A stretch of 64,000 nt of DNA, taken from contig JACKGG010000005.1 of assembly GCA_020632035.1 (NCBI GenBank), forward strand, positions 4,855 to 68,854, in the 5' to 3' direction. The notes under the pieces are model-generated. The model was not told where the DNA came from, did no database searches, and worked only from the letters and a program-made list of their open reading frames with translations. A program made the translations under genes and the position numbers. This document shows, piece after piece, positions 57,432-64,000 of this stretch (position 1 is its first letter; every line of letters begins with the position of its first letter). The stretch is from Candidatus Nomurabacteria bacterium. GTDB lineage: Bacteria > Patescibacteriota > Minisyncoccia > Phycocordibacterales > UBA918.

Positions 57432-58985
57432 ATGAATCGTACTTCTGTCGTATTTTTGAGTTCAGTATTGATTTTTGTTGTTGCTTTTCCGGCAACTTCT
57501 TTCTCTCAATCTAATGATCAAACAGCACCTGAAATCTCAGCTGTTGAAATTTCTGAGGTAAGCAATAATAGTGTAACTATAACTTGGGAAACCGATGAAG
57601 ACGCTGACTCTTTGGTTAACTATGGCCTACAACCAGACTACGGTATTGTTAGAATCCCAGTGGCTGATCGTACTTCACACTCAATTACTCTAGATGACCT
57701 TGAGCCAGGACGAATCTATTACTTCAGAGTTGTTTCGGCCGACGAGGAAGGAAACCAGGGAATCTCAGCCGATTATCGTGTACAGACTTCTGGTTCTGCC
57801 CAAGCAGGTGAAGGTTTAGGTGCTGGCAATGAAGATGGTCTTGGTGACGGACAGGATGTTCAAGTAGGAGATGGACCAAATCGCGATCAAGAGTCACAAA
57901 TAACAACTGATACGATTTCTGATTCGACTGCCACTTTAAGAATTATCGAACAGATTAATCAAATTACTAATCCAGAGCAACTACAAGAGATTGTTAACGA
58001 AACTGTCAAAGCCATTCAAGGTATTACAGAAGACTTGACTATCGTTGGCCCACCAACAGTTATACCGGAAACTAACACAGCAGTAATAAAATGGACAACT
58101 GACCGCGAAGCTTCATCTGAGGTCATCTTTTCCCCAACGGCTTCATTTGACGGCTCAAATTATGCTTATTCTCAGCAGTCTACTGGCGGAAACACGACAG
58201 ATCATGAAATTCAAGTCATCGGTTTGGATGCTTTTACAGGTTATTCGTTTAAGGTTTTGTCTACTGATACGTTTGGAATAACTGGAGAAAGTCGTAATTA
58301 CACCTTTAAAACAAAAGCCACGGCTCCAAATATCCGTAATCTTAGAGTGGTTAAAGTTGAGGAAAATGCTGCCACTCTGGCCTGGGATACTAATGTCCCC
58401 GCTAAGGCTTTGGTTGAGTATCAAGATCAAACCACTGGTGCTCAAAATTCAGTTGGTCGTCCAACTTTGTCGACTACACACCAGATGCGCTTAGCGGATC
58501 TTACGCTTGGTACAAGATATGTTGCTTTTGTAACAGCTGAAAACTCAGGTGGTGATAGAATTAAGAGTCAACCAATCCAGTTTATTACAGTCAAAGATAT
58601 TGCTGCTCCAATAATTACTAATGTTACAAATGAGTCTACTTTGTTTCCAGGGAGTGAGTCTAGAATTCAGACTATTATCGAATGGGATACGGATGAGCCC
58701 TCATCTTGTCTTATGACATATCAAGAAGGAGTGGCTGGAGGAACTGACTCGTTTACGATTGAAAAAGAACAGGTGGAATATAAATCAAAACACGTGGAAG
58801 TAGTAATCGACTTTGCACCAGCAACTGTTTACCAGTTTTATCTTGAATGTGTCGACGAAGCAGGCAATGAAGTAAAGTCTGAAAACTTTGTCCTCTTTAC
58901 TCCTATTCAGGAGAAAAACATTATTGATTTGATTCTTGAAAACTTCCAGTCAACCTTTGGTTGGGTCAAGAATATTGGAGGTTAA
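57432..58985 (+). CDS. secreted protein with four fibronectin type III-like repeats
   Basis: The start is placed at Met 57432, which has an AAGG 6 nt upstream and a clean signal peptide (VVFLSSVLIFVVAFPATSFSQ). Four repeats follow of the form 'AP.I......V..T...W.T.......V.YG....Y.......T.H...L..L...T.Y.F.V.S.D..GN'. Confidence 0.6.
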   Translation: MNRTSVVFLSSVLIFVVAFPATSFSQSNDQTAPEISAVEISEVSNNSVTITWETDEDADSLVNYGLQPDYGIVRIPVADRTSHSITLDDLEPGRIYYFRVVSADEEGNQGISADYRVQTSGSAQAGEGLGAGNEDGLGDGQDVQVGDGPNRDQESQITTDTISDSTATLRIIEQINQITNPEQLQEIVNETVKAIQGITEDLTIVGPPTVIPETNTAVIKWTTDREASSEVIFSPTASFDGSNYAYSQQSTGGNTTDHEIQVIGLDAFTGYSFKVLSTDTFGITGESRNYTFKTKATAPNIRNLRVVKVEENAATLAWDTNVPAKALVEYQDQTTGAQNSVGRPTLSTTHQMRLADLTLGTRYVAFVTAENSGGDRIKSQPIQFITVKDIAAPIITNVTNESTLFPGSESRIQTIIEWDTDEPSSCLMTYQEGVAGGTDSFTIEKEQVEYKSKHVEVVIDFAPATVYQFYLECVDEAGNEVKSENFVLFTPIQEKNIIDLILENFQSTFGWVKNIGG

Positions 58986-59051
58986 GTTTGCTAAAACTAT
59001 ATTGGGGATATATATAACTAGTTTTTGGTAAAGCAGTGTCATAATACATAA

Positions 59052-60374
59052 ATGGCAAAACCGCTCATTGTAGCTCGGGATCTTTCGATTATTTATAATA
59101 AAGGAAAATCCAACGAATTTAAGGCTCTCCAGGGTGTTAACACGGACATCTTTGAAGGAGAGTACATTATTTTGTTTGGCCCTTCTGGTTGTGGAAAGTC
59201 AACGCTCATGTACTCAATCCAGGGATCTCTTCCGCCTGGAGAAGGTACTTTGCTAATTAAAGGCGATGATGTTTATTCTTACCCACCCTCAGAACGCGTT
59301 TATTTCCAACGCCACGTTATGGGTATTATTTTTCAATCTTTTAACCTGATCGGGTCACTATCGGTACTCGACAACGTGGCATTACCAATGATCTTTTGTG
59401 ATGCCGACCGCACTACGCGTGAAAGACGAGCTCAGTCCTTGCTTGACCGTTTTGGAGTTGGTCACGTATCACACAAAATCCCTGCTATGCTTTCAGGAGG
59501 ACAGCAACAAAGAGTTTCAGTAGCTCGGTCAATGGTTAATGACCCCAAGATTCTTTTGGCTGACGAACCAACTGGTAACCTAGACTCAATCTCAACCCAA
59601 CAAGTTATGGATAAGATCGATGAGATTAACACCTTCGATCGAAGAACTATTATTATGGTTTCCCATAATGCAGCGCACCTGAGTTATGCTCATAGGGTTT
59701 ACTATCTTAGAGATGGTAGAATCGTGCGTGAGGTTGTTAACCCACAGCGAAAGCAAATAAAACCAGTAAGAGAAGGAGAGACTATTGTAACTGAGCTGGA
59801 ACAGTTAGCCAGGTTATTTCCGTACGACTCAGTAGAAACCCTAAGGGTAAAAAGTTTAGTCAACTACCTTACTCAAGACTATAGCTTTGACCAGATAATA
59901 AAGCTCGAACGGGCCACCTCACTTTTTATTCAAGGAAAAATTGACAGAGCCTCTTATATAAAAAGTTTAATCCTACCAACTGAAAGGGGCGGGGTACAAA
60001 TTGACGAGAAAGAGGCTCGCCGTATGGCCAACATTTCAGAAAAAATGATAAAAAACGCTGATGATATACGTAGATTTAGAGCCAGAAAAGACAATAACGA
60101 TATATTTTTTAGCCAGCATATTTTAGCTGAAAGAATGCAGGAACATTTACTCCAAACCTACCGAATAAAGTTGGACAAAAAACAAGCTAGTAACATGACT
60201 GAAGTTATAGCTGATAGAGTAACTGGCGTTATTGAGGAAGAAGAACTAAATCAAAGATTAATGAAAAGTGTTCGCTCGCATGGTTTGGGGCTGAGCGAGA
60301 AGGAGGCAGATGATTTAACTAGATACTTCGAAAAAATAATTGCTCAAGGAGTTGATGTAAACTATAAGAACTAG
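59052..60374 (+). CDS. ABC transporter ATP-binding protein (MacB/LolD/FtsE-like) with about 210-aa C-terminal extension
   Basis: Walker A is 'GPSGCGKST', the signature is '[15 protein letters not shown]' and Walker B is '[12 protein letters not shown]'. After about aa 230 there is a charged helical domain with no recognised homology. Confidence 0.85.
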   Translation: MAKPLIVARDLSIIYNKGKSNEFKALQGVNTDIFEGEYIILFGPSGCGKSTLMYSIQGSLPPGEGTLLIKGDDVYSYPPSERVYFQRHVMGIIFQSFNLIGSLSVLDNVALPMIFCDADRTTRERRAQSLLDRFGVGHVSHKIPAMLSGGQQQRVSVARSMVNDPKILLADEPTGNLDSISTQQVMDKIDEINTFDRRTIIMVSHNAAHLSYAHRVYYLRDGRIVREVVNPQRKQIKPVREGETIVTELEQLARLFPYDSVETLRVKSLVNYLTQDYSFDQIIKLERATSLFIQGKIDRASYIKSLILPTERGGVQIDEKEARRMANISEKMIKNADDIRRFRARKDNNDIFFSQHILAERMQEHLLQTYRIKLDKKQASNMTEVIADRVTGVIEEEELNQRLMKSVRSHGLGLSEKEADDLTRYFEKIIAQGVDVNYKN

Positions 60375-60376
60375 AT

Positions 60377-61591
60377 ATGAGAATCCAAGACTTGGCACAA
60401 CTTTCGACTAGAATGTTCAAGACAAATCCACTTCGAACCTGGCTTACTATTTTGGGTATGGGAGTGGGTACTGGTGCAGTAGTGGTCTTGGTTGGTCTTG
60501 GCTTTGGGTTGCAGCAAATTATTTTGGAACAGATTGTTTTTGGCGAGACCCTGCTTTCGCTTGGAGTATCATCAACCGGCTCGCAAGGATTACGACTCAC
60601 CCCAGAAACAGTTTTAGATTTTGAAAAAAATGAAGCTGTGCTCGATGCTGCGCCACTGGCTAGATTTCCGGCCTTGGTTACCTACAAAGGTCTTACAGGA
60701 AATGTGTTTGTACAAGGTGTAGAACCGCCATATCTTCGCTATGCCGGAGTCACGGCCGTAGCGGGAGACGTTTTTCTAGAAGAAGATTTAGGCGACACCA
60801 ACTCAATTATGATTTCCCCGGCAACCTTGAAATTGTTCGGAATTCCAGATGAAGAGATGGACAATTTTATTGGTGAAAAAGTATCAATCCGTCTATTGGT
60901 GCCAGCAGATGACGGAACAGAAAATGTGAATGAAATCGTAATTGATAAAGAATACCGAGTGCGCGGTATCTCCAAAGAAGAAGGGGTGTTAAACATTATG
61001 ATGATGCTACCTGAACTTAGAAATTATGTCGGTATCGAAGAATATGAACGTATACAGGTAAGAGTTGATTCTAACGAGAATCTACCTTTGGTAGAAACCA
61101 AGCTGATTGAGGAAGGGTATCGAGTGACAGCTCTTTCAAAAACAGTTGAGCAAGCTTCAAAAATCTTTCAAGGTATCCAGGCCGTATTGGCTACTTTTGG
61201 TGGTATCGCACTTATTGTGTCTGCTATCGGAATGTTTAATACCATGACAGTGACCTTGCTAGAAAGAACAAAAGAAATTGGAATCATGCGTACGATTGGA
61301 GCCTCTCCAAACGATGTAAAATATTTGTTCGTCTCGGAGTCAGTGGTAGTAGGTTTTCTTGGTGGAGTAAGCGGAATCTTGATGGGTGTAACTCTGGGAG
61401 TGACAGTAAATCTTTTCTTAAATATCGTGGCCGGTCAGTTTGGTGGACAAGCAGTTAAACTATTTGCTTTTCCTTTCAATTTCCTAGCTTTTATTACCAT
61501 TTTTTCTGCAGCTGTCGGCTACTTAACTGGTATCTTCCCAGCAAGAAGAGCTTCCACTCTTAATCCACTAGACGCTATCAGGTACGAGTAA
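60377..61591 (+). CDS. ABC transporter permease, FtsX/MacB-type (4 TM, large extracytoplasmic domain)
   Basis: It starts 2 nt after the ATPase stop. An N-terminal TM helix is followed by an extracytoplasmic domain of about 220 aa, and the C-terminal three TM helices contain the FtsX-like 'TKEIGIMRTIGASPNDV' motif. Confidence 0.8.
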   Translation: MRIQDLAQLSTRMFKTNPLRTWLTILGMGVGTGAVVVLVGLGFGLQQIILEQIVFGETLLSLGVSSTGSQGLRLTPETVLDFEKNEAVLDAAPLARFPALVTYKGLTGNVFVQGVEPPYLRYAGVTAVAGDVFLEEDLGDTNSIMISPATLKLFGIPDEEMDNFIGEKVSIRLLVPADDGTENVNEIVIDKEYRVRGISKEEGVLNIMMMLPELRNYVGIEEYERIQVRVDSNENLPLVETKLIEEGYRVTALSKTVEQASKIFQGIQAVLATFGGIALIVSAIGMFNTMTVTLLERTKEIGIMRTIGASPNDVKYLFVSESVVVGFLGGVSGILMGVTLGVTVNLFLNIVAGQFGGQAVKLFAFPFNFLAFITIFSAAVGYLTGIFPARRASTLNPLDAIRYE

Positions 61592-61693
61592 ATAAGAGTT
61601 GTCCACAGTTTAGCTTGCGCTGTGTATAACTCACTCAAATAATTACTTAAAACAAGTACAATAAAGAAAAAGTTATTTATTTATTATATTATT

Positions 61694-63598
61694 ATGATGT
61701 ACAACAAGGAAAATTTACCAAACTACGTTCGAACAGCAGGGAAGATCACAGTCGTAACGGCTTTATCTGGACTGCTAGTTTTTATAGTTGCTTTCATTTT
61801 CGATTTTGGTGCACAAGAGCTCAACAAGGCTTCCGCTGCTGCAAACGGAGTTGCTACTACAACTCTTATTGTGCTTAACACCCCTCCGTCCTTCACTGTA
61901 CCTGCTTATGAAGTCATTGAGTCTTCAACTTCAACTCCAACAAACTCCGGTGACGTAATTCAGTGGTCTGCAGTTGCAAACGATAGTAACAGTGCACCAT
62001 ATTTTCTTTTGATATGTAGTACTAATGCGTCTCCAACACCGAATAATGCATCAGGGCCGGGCTTCCTTGGAACAGCTCCACCAGTTTGTGGTGGTGGAAC
62101 CCAGTGGGGAGTCTCTGCAAGTACACCAAGTGATGCTACTGCGACTGTCTCTACAACTACAACAGAACTAGCTCCTTTTCTAGAAGCAAATCACTGGTTT
62201 GCCTGGGTATGTGACGATGATCCAAACACTCCACGTTGCAACTCAATTCCTGTTCAGGGGTACAGTGCAACCAACACTTCTCCTTTCCATGTCAATAATC
62301 GTCCTGTGTTTGACCCAATCATGACCAACAATGGTCCAGTTGATCCCAGCGGAACGGTCACCTTTAACTCAACTTCTTCAGACCCGGACGTAGTTGGAGG
62401 ATCAGACCAGATCTACTTGATTATTTGTAGTACAAACACTGATTACGATACAAACACAAATACTTGCCCTAATGATTTCTTAGCTTCTACTACTTTGGCT
62501 GGTATTCTAACAGATGCTGCTGCAACCTACACGGTCCCTTCAGTCCAAAGAGATCAGAGCTATGATGCCTTCGGCTACTTAGTCGACGAACATGGACATG
62601 AAGCTCTAAACAACGGACAACAAGCCAACTTCTATGTAAACAACGTAGCACCTTATGTGCTGGGAGCTGAGATTTCACTTAATGGAGGAGGGGACATGAC
62701 TCTCTCTAACGCAGATGCTGGAGAAACTCAAGGCTTTAGTTTGACTTTTGAAATTCACGACTCAAACAGTTGTCTAAATGCAGCTTCCTCTAGTGAAATT
62801 TCGCTTGACTCTGATGATCATCTTGTGTCAGTTTTCCGAAGTAATAACAGTACAACTACTTGCACTGGTGCGGCTGGGGACTATGATCCTAACGATTGTT
62901 ACGTAAACGGCGTAGCTACTACTACATGGAATTTGGTTTGTACTGCGGACAATACATGTGATAGTCCACTTCAAGATAGTATTAACTATACGTGTAGCTT
63001 CCCACTCTGGTTCTTGACAGACCCTACTGACGCAGCTGGAACTACCCCTCTTTCGTTTGCTAACACCAACTGGACCGCTGGTATCGCGGGAGTTGACGAC
63101 GATTATGCTACTGGAACAATGGCTACTACGACTAACCCTGTAGAAGTAATAAGTGCCACTTTCATTGAAATTGCAGCTAACGAAATTGTCTATGGTTCAA
63201 TTGCTCCTGGTGACTTCACAGCAAATCTAACCTCGACTTCAACAGCCTTCAATATTGGTAACACAGGGTTAGACCAAAGCGTACTCGGAGAGTCTATGTG
63301 TGGTACTTTCACACCTTCAACAGAATGTGCTATATCTTCAACCTCAACTATAAATGAAAATGAACAAAGATTTTCCGCAACCTCATCACTATCCTTTACT
63401 AGTCCGTTTGCACTCGTTTTATCATCATCAACACCTAGTGAAGTTGAGTTAAACGTCAAGAAGTCAACTTCTACTTCAGTTTACCAAGAAGGTGATACTT
63501 ACTGGGGAATCAATGTACCGATTTCTATCTCACTATCTGGTAGCTACTCTGGACTCAACAGTTTCATGGCTGTGACAGCCGAGGCTGAGGATTGGTAG
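61694..63598 (+). CDS. secreted/anchored protein paralogous to the C-terminal ~400 aa of the giant protein (WxL-like C-terminal domain)
   Basis: N-terminal TM/signal. Segments alignable to the giant protein include 'ANHWFAWVCDDD' versus 'GEQWFAFMEVED', 'FNIGNTGLDQSVLGESM' versus 'LNIGNESIDVQISGTDM', and the terminal 'GDTYWGINVP...GLNSFMAV' versus 'DDIYWGIEVP...GVNTFTAI'. Confidence 0.6.
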   Translation: MMYNKENLPNYVRTAGKITVVTALSGLLVFIVAFIFDFGAQELNKASAAANGVATTTLIVLNTPPSFTVPAYEVIESSTSTPTNSGDVIQWSAVANDSNSAPYFLLICSTNASPTPNNASGPGFLGTAPPVCGGGTQWGVSASTPSDATATVSTTTTELAPFLEANHWFAWVCDDDPNTPRCNSIPVQGYSATNTSPFHVNNRPVFDPIMTNNGPVDPSGTVTFNSTSSDPDVVGGSDQIYLIICSTNTDYDTNTNTCPNDFLASTTLAGILTDAAATYTVPSVQRDQSYDAFGYLVDEHGHEALNNGQQANFYVNNVAPYVLGAEISLNGGGDMTLSNADAGETQGFSLTFEIHDSNSCLNAASSSEISLDSDDHLVSVFRSNNSTTTCTGAAGDYDPNDCYVNGVATTTWNLVCTADNTCDSPLQDSINYTCSFPLWFLTDPTDAAGTTPLSFANTNWTAGIAGVDDDYATGTMATTTNPVEVISATFIEIAANEIVYGSIAPGDFTANLTSTSTAFNIGNTGLDQSVLGESMCGTFTPSTECAISSTSTINENEQRFSATSSLSFTSPFALVLSSSTPSEVELNVKKSTSTSVYQEGDTYWGINVPISISLSGSYSGLNSFMAVTAEAEDW

Positions 63599-63619
63599 AA
63601 TCTCTAATCCTATATAGTT

Positions 63620-63658
63620 GCAACAGCCATTGTTATCCAACAATGGCTGTTGCTTTTT
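63620..63658 (+). terminator. rho-independent terminator
   Basis: GCAACAGCCATTGTT-ATCCA-ACAATGGCTGTTGC followed by TTTTT. Confidence 0.65.
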
Positions 63659-63689
63659 AGGTGTTTTTTTCCGATAATGTAACGACTAC

Positions 63690-64000
63690 ATGAATTTATT
63701 TTCGCGAACGTTTTTTCTAGTTCTCTTTGTGCCTGTGCTTTTTGTAAGTACTGGTTTAAATAAAGCTGAAGCAGGTTTTGGGATTACTCCACCCTACGTA
63801 AGAAATGTTAGCTTGACTCGAAACTCTACTTATGAACAACAAATTTTGCTGGTGAGAGGAGATCCAAACGTGGCACAAAAGGCAGAAATAATCGTTGACG
63901 CTCCTGAAATACAAGATTGGATAGAAGTACTAGAAGGAGATGAGATAAAAATGCCAGTTGGTACTACTAAGGTCCCGATGACTGTAAGGGTTACCGTTCC
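63690..64000 (+). CDS. DUF916-like secreted protein, N-terminal fragment (3' end outside window)
   Basis: ATG at 63690 with signal peptide 'FFLVLFVPVLFVSTGLNKAEA'. The N-terminal 'GITPPYVRNVSLTRNSTYEQQILLVRG' parallels the N-terminus of the 27951 product. The ORF is absent from the track because it runs off the window. Confidence 0.4.
   Translation, partial: MNLFSRTFFLVLFVPVLFVSTGLNKAEAGFGITPPYVRNVSLTRNSTYEQQILLVRGDPNVAQKAEIIVDAPEIQDWIEVLEGDEIKMPVGTTKVPMTVRVTV

Overview
This is an AT-rich bacterial window with almost all genes on the + strand. Tiny intergenic gaps, giant surface proteins, cohesin/dockerin domains and sparse metabolism fit a CPR/Patescibacteria-like or other reduced-genome organism; that lineage call is an inference. 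The 5' third is mostly housekeeping: a LemA fragment, a MazG-like NTPase, HtpX, a membrane protein, tRNA-Ser(GGA), TypA/BipA, IlvE, an MBL hydrolase, a CNNM-type DUF21-CBS protein and RsuA. It also carries an ECF sigma factor with a putative anti-sigma partner, followed by a 1,606-aa beta-helix, Cys-rich-repeat and peptidoglycan-binding surface protein and a CAP-domain protein. The middle is an accessory island. A umuD-like gene and a umuC-like gene are separated by about 4 kb of cargo: a GH18-like hydrolase, a NADAR-like protein, a relB/dinJ-yafQ toxin-antitoxin pair, and a Trp-rich leaderless uORF with a terminator/antiterminator in front of an FAD oxidoreductase. Three copies of a 24-27-bp direct repeat mark the cargo boundaries. 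The 3' half is cell-surface machinery. A WxL-like secreted protein is paired with a DUF916-like membrane protein. A dockerin-tagged protein and a membrane-anchored cohesin protein flank a 137-bp GC-rich tandem repeat and hsp20. A single 23.4-kb ORF encodes a 7,816-aa protein made of seven DUF2341-like + LamG-like modules. It is followed by an Fn3-repeat protein, a MacB/FtsEX-like ABC pair whose ATPase has a long C-terminal extension, a 634-aa paralog of the giant's C-terminus, and another DUF916-like gene. No CRISPR array, rRNA, integrase or transposase was recognised.
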